From: Nymphaea colorata
Lineage: Eukaryota
Assembly (NCBI RefSeq): GCF_008831285.2
Contig: NC_045138.2
Location: 28,706,001-28,770,000 of the forward strand
DNA length: 64,000 nucleotides
Direction of reading: 5' to 3'
This document shows positions 46,517-60,130 of the stretch, in pieces (the stretch's first letter is position 1; each line of letters begins with the position of its first letter). The position numbers and the translations under genes were made by a program. The notes below the pieces were generated by a model. That model saw only the letters and a list, made by a program, of their open reading frames with translations, was not told where the DNA came from and did no database searches.

Positions 46517-49500
46517 TAGCCTCCACATAGAAGCTGCACAGAGGGTGTAATATTACGTAGATGTTTTCGTGGACCATCCATTATGCGTTTTGACTTTAAT
46601 GTATCTAAAATACCTTAAGGGCAAACTAATGCGCAACAAAAGTTTCGATATAAAATATTGGTGGGGAGCTTTTGAAATTCTTAAACGAGACACTTATATG
46701 ACAAGTAAAAACGACATCTTTTTGTAAGGATGTACATCCAGGACCATGAACAAGGAAAAACAACAAAAATAAAAATAAAGGAAAGAAACAAAACTGGGAC
46801 GTGCAGATATAGCACGTCCCAATAATACCAGTCAATACTTCTGCTTCTTTAAACAATAAAAAAGAGGACTAAAGTTGGATTCCCAAACACCTTCGCAAGC
46901 TTACATGCTTTTACAGTATTTAGTATTTACAATTTACATTATTGTTGTAAACTAATATACTTTTACAACGCTTGTAATTTGCATCATTGTTCTAACAGCA
47001 CTTTACTTTCTCTCCCTTTGTTTAGTCTTTGAGAAATACGTCTCAGAATATAATATTGACGGTCCACACTTCACCTTTTTTTATGAATGGCTAGAAGGAA
47101 ATTTAACGCTTACCGACCTACCGAACATGTGGAGTGTGTGTGAACAAAGATTTCAATCGAACATTGAACCCACGATAGAAACGGACTAATTTATTTACAC
47201 TACGGCTCACCGTATCTGCATCCAACCCCTTGACATCTTGCAGAGAAATCCAGGGTTTCCTTGACAGTCATCTCGCCAATGTGAATGTCATACTGGCTTA
47301 TGTAAGCAGAGGTCTTCTGAGGAACAAACTCCTTCAATTTGTAACCGTTGTACGTTACCTCTCCTTTTACCTGACCAAATATTAAACAACCAAGTCCGAG
47401 GTAAAGCAGGCAATAACATATTATTGAAGGACAAATATGAAGACATTTTAAAGTTTATTTATATGACTAACCTTCAAGCTTGAATCAAGCTTCCCAGCGA
47501 GTGCCAGCAAAAGAGAAGTCTTTCCTGAGGATGGTGGACCCAGGAGAAGTGTCATCCTGAGAAATTTACATAAATACGTTAGTTCATATTCATATAAACC
47601 CTCATTCGGACAGTAGGGGTGAATAGGTGAATCTTGTTTTCCGACAGATGACAGTGCGAAGTTCCGTGAGGTTGGAAATTTGTATTTTCAAGCTTTAGTA
47701 AGCTCATGAGCATAAGCTTCAGGATTGATGAGTCGAGTCATGAACCGTATATGACGATGATGGACGGCAGATTTTGAAGATGCGAGGTATTTGCACTTTG
47801 TCAAGTGATCATAATCTTATTAATTGTCCTCTCTAACAGCCAGATAAGATAGAGATAGAGATTACCCACCGCACTACTGAACCTTCTTGGTTGGTGAGAG
47901 ATGGCAAGGAACACGGCCACTAGGTGATAATATACCTTTTGCATTTGCCTTCCTCTTTGTAACATTATGAAAAATGCATTAAATAATTAAAAACGACACA
48001 GCTAGATTGGTCACAAATTTTGCTGACATCTGTCATAATAAAATTTGGTGGCATACCCTCCGGCAGGCTGCTTTCGGTAGAGTGACCACAAATTTAATTT
48101 ATGTAATTTGTGAAAATTAAGATCGAAGTGTAGACGCTATCGCCTCAGTTTATTCTTCAATTGCATAGAAGAAAGGCGCCCCTTCTAAAATGCAGAAGGA
48201 AAAGAAATCTGCTTTTGGAATTAAATGGTAAAGAGCAAGTTCAGCGAAAATGTTTAGATCACCTTGAGGGCCTGATGATGCCTGAGACGTCCTTGAGTAT
48301 GGTCAAGGTGGTTGTCTTGGAAAAATTGATCCCAACAGATCCTAGAATGGTCTCCGCAACGTTCATTGTAGTATTCCAGAGAGTAGGAAGGGCTCTGGTT
48401 CCCACATGGCACTCTGCTTGTACCGTTAGATGCTCGAAACGAACCTCCACCGTTGGAAGTTGAATTCCAACTCTGAGAAACATGAAGAAGAAGGAATCTT
48501 CATTCGTTAGAGCATGGGAGTTACTACATAATTGAAGCACATGAAAAAGGTCCCATAATGGAATTGGCATAAGAACAGATGTTAGCATATGAACTTCGTC
48601 CAGATGGCTTTATTATCAGGATTTCGTCGGTGCAATTCTCTTCGTTTATTACTTAAAAGGAAACTCATATCCAAGGAAAAGGAAATCAACAAGCAAGAGA
48701 ATCATCGGTGTTGTCTTTTATTCATCCAAAGAATCACACATTTAATATAAGGGAGGAGCATCTAATTTAGAGGAGGCAGTTGATGCAGATGCATTTGGAC
48801 CAAACGATTCGAAAGACCATACTAGCTTCAGGAAAAGCTTTTACTTTCCTGAGAAATTTTAAATTCAACTGATACCTGTCATTATAAAATTCCAAAAAGG
48901 AATATTCTTTTTTATTAATCTCGCTCCTAACTGACTAACTCCACCAGCTCAATAATCAACGACGACTCAAAATCATTGTTGCACCAAAAATCCAACAAAT
49001 AAGCACAATAATCGTCATTTAGCGCTTTTCTTCACTAAATTCAATGGTTCCAGAAGTGACTCCTCGCAACTAAAATAAAAAAAATCATGGTCCCGAACAA
49101 AAACCGACAATCAAGACTGAAAGTTTGGTGCTTCAGCAACGGATGATTTAAAATTGAAGCGCCTTGAGAAATCAAGAGAGTGAGTGAGAGATGATGAAGA
49201 AAGATAAGAAAAGAGGTGGATTAGGGAAGGAGTAAAGAAGGAGAACCTTACCTATCGATTCTGTTTCTGAACTTCCTGAGGAATATTTCATTGTCCTCCT
49301 CAGCCACCCTGAAGAGCCTTTCAATGAAATCCTGCCTCTCTGCCGCGCCCAGCTTCCGTACATCCACCTCCTTGTGAACAAGCTTCTCCCTCTGGCCCTG
49401 TTGCTGCTCCTCCCCTCCCTCCGCGAACGACTTGAGGATGCTAGTTCGTAGGCGATCGTAGGTCGGCAGCTTCTCAAGCGCCGCCCATCGCAGCGCCTCC

Positions 49501-49631
49501 TCGTCGGTCTCGGCGCTCCGAACTCGCCGCGACGACCTGAACGAGTCCTCCGTGCCCCACCCTCTGAAGCCCCTGCTCAGACTCCTGCCTAGGCTCCTTC
49601 CCCTGCTCCAACCTCTCTCCATGCCGTCCAT
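35076..49631 (-). CDS. ABCG36-like: Full-size ABCG (pleiotropic drug resistance, PDR) transporter, ABCG29/35/36/42-like clade, 23 coding exons
   Basis: Exons: 49631-49252, 48472-48263, 47556-47472, 47370-47211, 46254-46178, 44338-44285, 44108-44018, 42739-42438, 41984-41703, 41620-41304, 40582-40422, 40131-40022, 39570-39417, 38701-38537, 38406-38237, 38067-37735, 37417-37127, 37008-36925, 36605-36472, 36363-36136, 36019-35848, 35762-35508, 35345-35076. Motifs: [86 protein letters not shown]; ends FNFQMR*. Clade assignment is by recollection of terminal motifs. Confidence 0.95.
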
Positions 49632-50299
49632 TTTCCACTACCGGGCCGAAAATTCTAAATTTAGAAACAAAGAACGAATGATACTGCACTCCGACTCAGA
49701 AACGAAACGAACCACGTCTATGCGTTCGTTTCCCCAAATACAAATCGCTTTCCTGAACCTGGAGAGTTTCTCTGCATCCGAACACTCAAAGTCTTAGAGA
49801 GATTCTGTTTTTTCTCCAAAGAAAAGCAAAAAATTGGCTAAATGATCAATGAAGAATGCATTCTCCGCGAAATCCAGTTCAGAATTAAATTTTCGGGGCC
49901 GTTCTGACCGGAATCTGTGTCCTGAAGCTTTTTTTTTTCTAATTCTGATCAGATCAGAGCAAATGCCAGACGCCGAAAGCAAAAGACCATAAGGAGCTGA
50001 CGAAAAAGAGGTTTCTTCAATGAATGACAAAAATAAGAAAATATTTCATTGTGCAGGAGACCGCGGTTCTCTACTCTACCTCCAGGAGAGTCACTACTGA
50101 GAGTTTCCCAAATCAGGAAAGCGAGGTGAAAAGAGGCCCGATGTCCACTTCCTCCTCCGTTTGTCACTGTCTTTCCCAAGAACAAGAACCCGTACCATTC
50201 ACAAAGCGGACAACAGAAGAAGAAGAAGAAGTTTCACTCTTCTTCTTGGGCCAAGAAAGAAAGAAGGAAGGTCGAGCGTCACTTTGGCGGGGAGGCGAG

Positions 50300-50308
50300 T
50301 ATTTATAG
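50300..50308 (-). promoter_or_regulatory. TATA box of ABCG gene
   Basis: CTATAAATA on the minus strand, followed by a CT/CTT-rich leader, ~670 nt upstream of ATG 49631 (a 5' UTR intron is probable). Confidence 0.55.
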
Positions 50309-53300
50309 TTCATACTGGCAGTGCGCGCGGACTCATTCAGTGATTCTGGTGAATGAAAGGCGTCATCGCGGCTGGGTAAATTTCACATGGGTCCAACTAT
50401 TCTTCTTATTTTCCAAACAGTCTCAATTTTTTAAAAAAAGACTCACCTCCTTCTCAACTTCTCAGTAAAGCAAGCCATATGGCATCTGAGGTCCTGAGGA
50501 TTTGAGTAGTGAACTCGTTTCTTCCCTTCCCAACTTCTTTTAGGGCCATTTGATGCCTTGAAAATATAAAAATAAAATAAAATTTTTAAGAATTTATTTT
50601 TAAAATTATATAATTGAAAACAAAATATAGATTTTCAAAACCTCTTTGTGTTTATTGTACTTGGGTTTATGTTTCAGAAAATAAATTTCTCAATTTGATA
50701 AGAGTGAAAGAAGAAAAAACAAAATAGTTGGATTAAGCATTGCTTGAGAATCCAGCTTTTTTCATCTTGAAATTTTTTTAATGAAAATATTTTGGAAAAA
50801 ACTTTATGAAAACCAACCGAACCTTCACTTTTTTCATGTCAAGTTTGATGGGCAAAAAAAAATTCAAAAATTTGAATTTTATTTACATAGCTACAAGAAA
50901 TATCCTAAAGTGTCCCTTTGTTAATTAATGATCTGCTTGAAAACATAAACTAAGAGGTTAGGTTTCAAAAACGGGCAAAAAGGGATCATATCTTATCTTT
51001 TGTGAAGAAGGAAGAGAGAGAGAGAGAGAGAGAGATCCCTCTCCTTTTTCTTGGTGAAGAAGGAAGAGAGAGAGAGAGAACTCTGTCCTTTTTTCTCACC
51101 AACCGTATGATGTAATGTATGTCTTGGGGCCTTCTTCTTGGACTCTTTCTTTCATTTTTTTTCCCTTTCATTGCCGACACTTGTAATAAAAGTCGGTAGA
51201 ACACTCGTGCGTATTGGGGCGTGAAGGCTTCTAGTCAACCTACTGAGATTGAAACTTTCAACACAACATCTGAACTAGCTAGAATTTTTTGGTTGATGGG
51301 CACTTGAATTGTCGCCTTGATCTGATGTGAGCATGACATGTGACTGAAACCTAATCTAGCTTTACTACATGCGTGAGTTATGCCGAGTACTTAGTAAATG
51401 ATGAACCACTTCAAATCTTCGTTTCCGAGAGGGATGATCAACTCCGCAAATTTAACTTGAACCCGTGTATGGGTATGAAATCTCAGAAAGCACAACAATG
51501 GTGGTCGTGTGAGTTTGATCCTCCTTTGACTCTGGAGCCTCTTGGCTGCGCTGTGCTTGGATGCACTAGTCTTCCACATGCGAGTGATGAGATGAAAACC
51601 TCCTTATATCAAATTTTCCAATGGGATTTCTGAAGGTCTGGTGTGGGCACTGGCCGACACCAGTCACACTGTACCTCCTCTACTGTAGGACGCCATCTGA
51701 ATGAATCGCTCTTAGCCTAATATTTACTTACAAGTTGCTAAAAAGTCGAACGCCAGACATATCTTTGGACTCAAGGACAGAAGAACAAGAAGAACTCAAG
51801 AACAGAAGAAGAAGAAGAAGAAGAAGGGGGGCTTCGGCTTCTCACTCAAGAAGAAGTGGGTTACCTCCCAGGCTCCCACTCACCCGAAAATTGTTAGAAA
51901 GACTTCTTCCCTTTTTTGTATTGACTGGTTAATTGTAAACTATGGCTTGACTCGGAATTGTAAACTACGTCAACTGAGATGTATAACATTATCTTTTATT
52001 CATTTCCTCAAAAAGGATGACTTGTGACTGCCAGTTACTGGATTACCTAACTGCAATATAATAATATATAGTTTTCGACGACGACTTGAAGCTTTTCATG
52101 GAGCGAAGCGCCGTATTCTAGCCGCAATAACTCAAGTGCTTACTCTTGCATGAGCCATGATAGGCATTGAACTCAAGCGAGAGCACTATAGAAATACTGG
52201 GGAGAAATTTCATGTATTTGGGTTTTCACAGTCTAGCTACTCTTGATTGCGGATGTTATAATCTGGAGAAGAACAGCGTGAAGAATGGGATCCATTTCTT
52301 TGAGTGTAAATCTGAAACTTCTTACTTCTAGAATTCGATTCGAGAGAGACTTGAATCCCATTTTCTTCGAGCATGAACGAAGACTTTGTTGGTGAAGATT
52401 CGCCAAACTCTCAAAGGAACTCATTTCCGCATGGTTGGAAGAAAAGAAAGGGAAAGGAAGAAGGAATCAAGGACCAGTTTCCATGTATGGCTTCATATGC
52501 TTTGGTCGAGGAACCCAAGCCGTGTTGGAGTGTGGAGCCTAATCTATTCTTTATAGGCTTTCTTAATTTCCATGGATCCAATTGCCGGTTTGCCCCAGTG
52601 CTCATGTTTATGACAGGGTGCCTTCTTTTTTTGTACTCTGTGATTCTTCGGTAGTAGTGAAAAACTTCTGTGGGCGACCGTGGACAAAGGAGAACCCTAT
52701 CTCAAATCCACTTGTGTCTTCTTCTTTTTTCTCTTCTTGGGTTTTCTCTTGGTATGCCAAGAAAAGTGTGTGAGAGTCACGTTCCTCACAGGCCATACAA
52801 AAGTTTCACATGTCTTCTATTCTCATAAGTGTTGTTCCTCGAACTTTAAACGATGGCAATGTGACACTCTAGTTGATGGGTATACCATGGGTTCACCTAG
52901 GTTCTAGAGGAGCTTAAAACCTTAGGGGCATAAAAAAAAACATGAGATTTTCGGCCCTTCTTCAGGCAGCTTCTCCTCACTGAAAGGCAAAGAATGAAAA
53001 AAATGAACTAAAAAATAAAAGAAAAAGTGAATTAAAAGTAGGTGTTCCAAATAATAAAAGAAAAAGTGAACTAAAAGTAGGTGTTCCAAATATTTTAAGT
53101 TGGGTGTTGAGAGCGCAAGTGTGATATGGATGGTTGACTAAATAAACCTCTAAAACGCTTCTCTCGTTCTAAAGGTGTCTTTGATGAATCGCCCAATTAA
53201 ACAGCCAACAATCTGTAAACATTGTAAAATCAATCTTCCCTCTCTCCTTCTCTAGGAGGGCTTTCTCTTTCTTGTTTTCCTTCCTTTTTCTCACCTTCTT

Positions 53301-53360
53301 TATTTAATCTAATTTTCATTTTGTCGGCTCTCTCTCTCTAATATAGCAATATAACTATAG

Positions 53361-53391
<31 letters not shown>

Positions 53392-53925
53392 AATATAGCA
53401 ATATAACTATAGAAGAAAGCATGGTCGGCACTGATCGCTTTCACAAGGCATACTTAGGCTTCCCCCACCCAATCTAACATTTGTTTTGACCTAGCTCGAT
53501 GTCTGTATTCAACACCAAATGTGACGGAAGCCGGGAAGTTCCACACCAACTCTATCGTTTCAAGATAAAATGTCATGAATTTTCAAGCTCTTCGGTCCAC
53601 ATAGCTATGAGTGGACAAGGTATTCGCAACCCCAAAATTTTGAGCCCCAAAGGGTGGAAAAAAACAAAGAGCAGTACTGCTAAAAACAACTTTAAACCTA
53701 CCACATTATATAAACAACAAGTGTTCTGAATAAGTTGGTGATCCTTCATATATATGATATTGGAAGCAGCATTCATTATTGTGAAAGTCACATGGGAAAT
53801 CAAAGACTTCCATGGGTCAGAGGGTATAAATAATGTCTTGTGCTTATTATAATCTCTTGGTGGGTAGTTGGGAGAGCCTACCAAAGGAATCAGAAGGGAT
53901 GAACTCTAATTTCTGGTTCACAACA

Positions 53926-53997
53926 CCGATACTGATACGGGTACGGATACACTTTGGGGAGCCGATACTGATACGGGTACGGATACACTTTGGGGAG
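53926..53997. repeat. Perfect 36-bp direct repeat x2 at the end of a probable DNA-transposon remnant
   Basis: CCGATACTGATACGGGTACGGATACACTTTGGGGAG at 53926 and 53962; GATAC-rich like MITE subterminal repeats. Confidence 0.8.
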
Positions 53998-56749
53998 GAG
54001 CGTTACAGACACGGTCATTTTGAAAATTGAAAATACGATGGCATGACAAGGATATGTATATGTGTGAATGTGTGCATGCGCAAAAGTTCATAAAAATTGT
54101 GCAAAATTAATAAGAAAAAGCTGTTAAGAATATATTTTGGAGAATTCATTTGCAAAAATAACACACAAAACTTCATTTACATATAGAAACTTCATTAATT
54201 TTCAGTTTTTTTTATATGTAAGTGCTCCTTCAAATTTGAAATTTAAACTTAGAGTGCTCTCCACCACTAAAGAAACATGTAAAAGATTACCAGGTTGAAG
54301 ACAGTTCATATAACAAGCAACTCCAAGAACCGCCCTAATTAGAGTTGAAGGTACTCTTCCATGGAGGATCTGGATCTCGAATGTTGACTTAATCGGAGTG
54401 TTTTCTTCTTAGCACTGCAAGAAACACATCATAGAGACGTCAACACTGACCTGGTAAGTATTGGCAGTGAAAGATATAAATTTGATAAACTTTTTATCTT
54501 TGAATTAAATAAGAGGAGTTTCTAGCATTTTTTAACTGATTGAAAAAAGACCATTTTGATGTTGTATGTTATTCGTTTGTTATTCCGAATATGAATATGA
54601 AATCCATTCAAAAACTGTTATTAATTCAAAGATGAGAGAAAGTCGTGCTTGTACGCAACAGATGGCGTCTCCCGGCGACGAGGGAAGCAACTCCCGATGG
54701 AGTCGGTCGCCGGAAGAAAAAAGAACGACAGGTCTTGCTCAATTTAACTGGACCTTACAACTTGATGCTGGACAAGGCTTTGGGCATGACGGTGGGTGGC
54801 TAAATCACCTAGTGGCAGTTCTGCTAGTTTAATTTAAATCAATTCGGCATTGGGTTGAAGAGTACTTTATTTGGTTTAAGTAGGTTTCGATGCCTGAACC
54901 GATGCTTGAAACCCGACCCGAGTTGGGACCTATTTTAATCTAGTTAAAATAAAAAAAATATTTTTTAATATAAAATAATTATTTTTGAATAGAAATACAT
55001 TTTAAATAATAAAATATATGTTTATTAAAATAATATAAAAAATAAATCGAGTCGAATCGAACCCGTCTAACCGTCCCAAACTGGCCCAATAATGCATCGA
55101 GCCGGCCCCGGCCGTTTTTTTCAAGCCCAGGCCCAATGCGCAGCCCTAGGTTTAAGAGATAGGATGTTGCATCCTCTCTCTCTCTCTCTTTCTTTGTAGA
55201 GTTGGTATCTAATAATATTTGGCATCACTTCATCTAAACCGACACAGTGTAAGACCCTAGAAGCAAGGAGAATATGAGGCCTCTAGATTCCTCTTTTAAG
55301 TAGTGAGTTGTTAACCTCTCACTCACCAGAACCGAGAAAAAAGAAAACAAACAAACAATAACAATGAATTCATTTTGATGGTTTTAAGCAACACCCAAAG
55401 TTGATCAGGTAAGGGTCAATTAGATATTGCTTTTTTTCTTATTCTTGGGTTTTCTTTCCTTAACGTGCGAGCATAAATTAATAACAATGAAGGTTGTGGG
55501 AAGCATTTAGGTAATTACCGTCGAAGAAAAAGCCAATAACCAGATGGGGAGGGGAAGATCTCATATGTGGATCTCCGAAAGACCTTTGAAAAAAGAAAAA
55601 AAAGAGTGAAGACTTACACAAGCACGCTGACAGTTTTCTAGCTACATATTAGTCATAAAAAACATTCCAGCATTTTTTGGAAACGAAGACCTGGGGTAAC
55701 TTTTTTTATTTTCTCCAGAATAAAAGTCAGGAACATAATATAAAAATCTTGATAAAAAAAAAAAGAATAGTTAAAAACTTCGGATAAGTGCCCATTATAC
55801 ACCATCAAGAGACATCGAGATAATAGCATAACTACCACCATGAGAACATGGCTTTGGAAATAATGTTGTACGTGCATGGAAGCAGGCTTTCATGTATTGA
55901 ATCAGCCAGAATAACCTTACGCACCATCAAGCAGTTTACTGAACAGATAGAACCATCCGGATAGATGAGCGATTATAGTAGCTCACATTTGCAGCCCCCT
56001 TGGGTGGAGTTTTGTGCCGACTAATTTACCGCTTCTTTAGGGGTTCCTTAGGAATGGGGGGGGGAAACAAACAAACAAACAAACAAACTATTTTGATCGT
56101 CAGTCAGAATAACGAAAATTTTACAAGGACGATACCAACTTTTAGTGGCACAACAACGGGCATAAATTCAAACCTGAGAATGTTTTCGTTACCCTTTTAA
56201 CGGTATTCTCTGCGAAATTATCAAACAAAATGTGTGAAACCCAAGTTTAGTGAAACAGATTACCTTCCCCCCTCGAACTGCTTTTTGACATAAAAATGCA
56301 TTACTCAAAAAAAATTTAACTTGCGAATGGAATAAACTGGGGCGGGATAATGCCAGCAGTTGGCTGTCTCCTGTTAATAACACCACGGAATTATCACCAG
56401 AAACTAAAATTCCGTAACATTTCGATGACTACATTGAAACTTCCAGACTTTCAGTGACGATGAAAGAGGGAAGTTGCTATAGTTGGGTACAGATGACAGT
56501 TGCCTAGCACCTCTTGGGCTTCCAGTATTTCTTGATCTTCACTACATTAAAAACAAGGCGCTTTCTCCCTTTCACCAGAGGATAAGACACATTTCCTTCA
56601 ATACGTGAAATATGATATACACCAAGAGTGTTAGACATGGAATACAAAATCATATACATGCATTCTACAGCAAGGATATTTAAATATGAAATACAGAATT
56701 GTACACATATCAGTTGTCTTTATATTACAGAAGAAATACATAACTTTAT

Positions 56750-58150
56750 TCATGCAGTCCCAATCAGCATGTCATGTAGAACGGAAGACAAGCAGAGAAG
56801 AGGTTGTTTGTTCTGGATCCGAGCAAAGAAGTCACAGAGGGCAGGACCAGCAACGTTCCAAACGAATGAGCATAACCGAGCCTTACCAATTTCTGATTCG
56901 AAAGGTGAGGCATTCTGATCAGGAGTATATGAACCTAAATTTGCAGCATATCCATAAACTATTTGATATATAGCACGAGCCTCAATGAATATCTCATTTG
57001 CAGCTTTTATTGAATCTTCATACTTAGCAGCACCATACAAAATCTGCCAACAGAAACACAATGAGGAACTGTCACAGACAGGAGGACAAAAAATGAATAT
57101 ACATGAGATTATGCAAATACCGATAAAGAAATCAGTATTATCATCAAATCTCCTGATAGTAAATAATTTATTAAGGTCTTCAATTTGACCAGAAAAGAGA
57201 AAACCCTTCTAAGGAAGAAAGACCTTCTATCCCTGGTAGGCACTTTGTTTCTTTATATGCAACAAAGCCAAAAACTGATAAAACTAAAAGCTTTTTCCAA
57301 ATTTTGAACACGTCAAGGAGTAAGAAGGAAAAGCAGGCAAAATGCAGGACGGATGTTTCATAAAAATGAAATATAAACAAGGAACTTGTCCTTTAAAAGG
57401 TACCAATTACTTGCCCTTTAAAAGGTACCAGTTACAATTATGCTTCTTAAGGAAAACCCCTCAGAAGTTTGAAGAAAACACAGCATTTATGAGTGGCAGA
57501 GAACCACATACACTCTAAACACTTGACAGGGCAGTTGAAAATGTAGGACGAGACGAATTTGACTTAAACCAGTGCATATACTGCTGACTTAAGTAGTACT
57601 CCCCAGATCTCAACTGCTTTACTTAGTGGAGACCAGCCAACCTATAGTTCATGATGGTGAATGGTTTATCCTTATTTTAGCTGAAAAAAAACAAATAATG
57701 GGTAGGAGCCCGATTGTAATGATAGTAGGAACGTTTGCCATTCACCTGCTTATACTTTCTAATAATCCTGTCTGCTTCAGTATCTTTAGACTCCCCCGTA
57801 AGTTCCATAGCTTTCTTCATGTCAGCTCGATACTTTTGATAATGGGCAATCCACATTTTGGAAACGGACTGTGGGACTTCCTCAGTGAAGCATGAAAGTT
57901 GCCATATTTCTTTAAAACAGCAACAAGTAAATGGTAAGGAGTAGGGACATATTAGAGGCTCAAACTCTGGTCATAAGACAAGTTTTAGTTGTACTAAATG
58001 TTTCTGCTTACCTTGGGGTTGTTGATCCTCTTCAACTGACAACCTTACCTTATCATAGATCATACCCAAGATAGACCGTGAAATATATGAGTTGTCACGT
58101 TCCAGGTAATGTGGATATTGATCAGCTCTCAAATCTTTTGTGACTTCAAC
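56750..58150 (-). CDS. RDR5-like: RNA-dependent RNA polymerase, RDR-gamma clade (RDR3/4/5-like): last three coding exons only
   Basis: Exons 58150-58012 (VEVTKDLRADQYPHYLERDNSYISRSILGMIYDKV...), 57909-57746 (EIWQLSCFTEEVP...YRADMKKAM...IIRKYKQ) and 57043-56750 (ILYGAAKYEDS...EARAIYQIVY...CSFVWNVAGPALC). In frame with GT-AG borders; resembles the plant RDR3/4/5 C-terminus. The catalytic DFDGD motif is not in the window. Confidence 0.82.
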
Positions 58151-58466
58151 CTATTTCATAAACTGATGGGGGTTAGTCCAATCAATTTATGAAGATCAAA
58201 ATGTTCATCAAAGAAACTAGGCCACACTCATGCAACATTATGATATACACACGTTATTTTTTATGAGAAAGGCTGTGCAAAAGTACCTCTAAAAAGGGGG
58301 GAAGGAAACGTCATGATAAATCTGTGTAAGATAAAGCACAATCCTCCAAGATAGGAGGTATTCAAAAGCATGCAAAATATGGTGGGACTTCATTCACACA
58401 AAGACTTGCTCTCCCAACCAACCGTTTCAATTTAAAAGAGAATACATGAAACCTATTACCTAGAGA

Positions 58467-59195
58467 CAACTTTATCCGTATCGTACGATACGGACGCGTA
58501 TCGTATAGGTCAAAGAAACCTATACGATACGTATTCGATATGCGATACGCGTGCATATCGTACGCGTATCACACGTATCGTGCGATACGGGCGTCGTGTC
58601 GCACGATACGGGTTAAAACACAAAATTTTTTATTTTTTAAAGTTTAAACACTCCTCCCTCTCTCTCTTCTTATATCTAAAGACTTCAAGAGACGTATGAG
58701 GGAGAGATTTTGCACATTTTTATAAAAAAATAACCAAGGATTCATCGATTTGGGAGATATTATCGTTAAATCATGAAAGATGATAGCTATATGTTTTGAA
58801 CTTATAAAATTGTGTTATAATCTAAGTCCCTAAACTCCAAGTCCTAAGACTCTAAGTCTTAAGATTCTATAAAATTTTCAAGTTTAAAATTGTGATGAAT
58901 GCTTATTATGTTATTTTGAATATCTAATTTCTTATTTTTGAATGTGTTGTTGATACACATGAATGTTCCTTATGTATGACGATCTTTTTTATATTTGACA
59001 TTTTTCTTGATTTCTGATTTTTTGTTCATTTTTTCAGATTTTTAATAATTTTTCTCTATTTTTCTGATTTTTAAATATTTTTTAAAATTGAAAAATTAAT
59101 TTTACGATACGCTACGCTTCGTTTACGATACGTTACGATACGACGGATAGGTCGGCCTAACCGATACACGATACGCTACACCTTTTATAACATTG
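58467..59195. mobile_element. hAT-superfamily MITE (729 bp) with 8-bp TSD, in presumed RDR intron
   Basis: Identical CCTAGAGA at 58459-58466 and 59196-59203; imperfect TIR CAACTTTAT / (rc) CAATGTTAT; CGATAC/GTATCG subterminal arrays at both ends; AT-rich core. Confidence 0.85.
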
Positions 59196-59551
59196 CCTAG
59201 AGATCAAAAGTAGTTTCCGACGTCCATCATAGGCTTTAGTAATTTCCACATTCTGTTGATGCATCCCATCAAAAATTAAGAGCTTCCAATCTGATTTACT
59301 AGGAAAGGTTTCATTACAATTATTTGCATTGCATTATGCATATCTAGCAGTTTCGTTAACAGTCTATAATTCCAATTGTGTTTTTTCTATTGACCAAAAC
59401 AAAACGCCTTTTCACCTGAAACAAACAAAGAGATAGGTAGATAATCAAGCATTACAGTACTGCAACGAAACTAGGAATCAGAAATAAGGGGGAAAGTTCT
59501 GAGATGCTGACATACTGAAGTACATTAAATTTATAATGGTGCATCGCATAT

Positions 59552-59891
59552 TGTTAAGGCAGTCACAAATCATGGCAATCCAGCCATATCTGATCACGAA
59601 TTGCCTAATCTAGATAAGGAAGATATTCTGGTGTCAGAACTTCCTCCCTTGCAAATGATACAATGGGCACCATTGCCGAATGTAACATTCTGGTTCCTTC
59701 ACGTAAGGAAACCAAAACTATCCTGTAACATACTCTACTAAAAGGAAACTCTCCTCCTGTGATGGTTATGAAAAAGAGCAGGGGAGAGAAAATATTGGAG
59801 ATCATGAATGTAGGCTTATACAAGTTGAACCACATTATATGTTCTATGTTTTTTTTTTCTTTTACTCTTTTGTTTAACATGGTATCAGAGC
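59552..59891 (+). mobile_element. Orphan LTR plus tRNA-iMet PBS of a truncated LTR retrotransposon
   Basis: TGTTAAGG (59552)...TTAACA (59879) immediately followed by TGGTATCAGAGC (59880-59891). No gag follows. LTR 5' end is a best guess. Confidence 0.55.
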
Positions 59892-60130
59892 CCTTTATCC
59901 CACAGACAGTTTGAAATAATTTTGATCACTCAAAACCATGGATGGCAGCTGATTTGCAGGGATGCCATCATAAGCCATAAACAAAAGTTCTTTAGGAAGC
60001 ATCTTAGCAGGTTTAAACACTTTGTTTCCCATATTATCCGCTACCACCAGTTTTCAGCTTGTTTTGTCAGGCCGGTTTTCTTCTCTAAATAACATTTCTC
60101 CATTTAAAAAAGCTATGCAAGTTAGAACCT

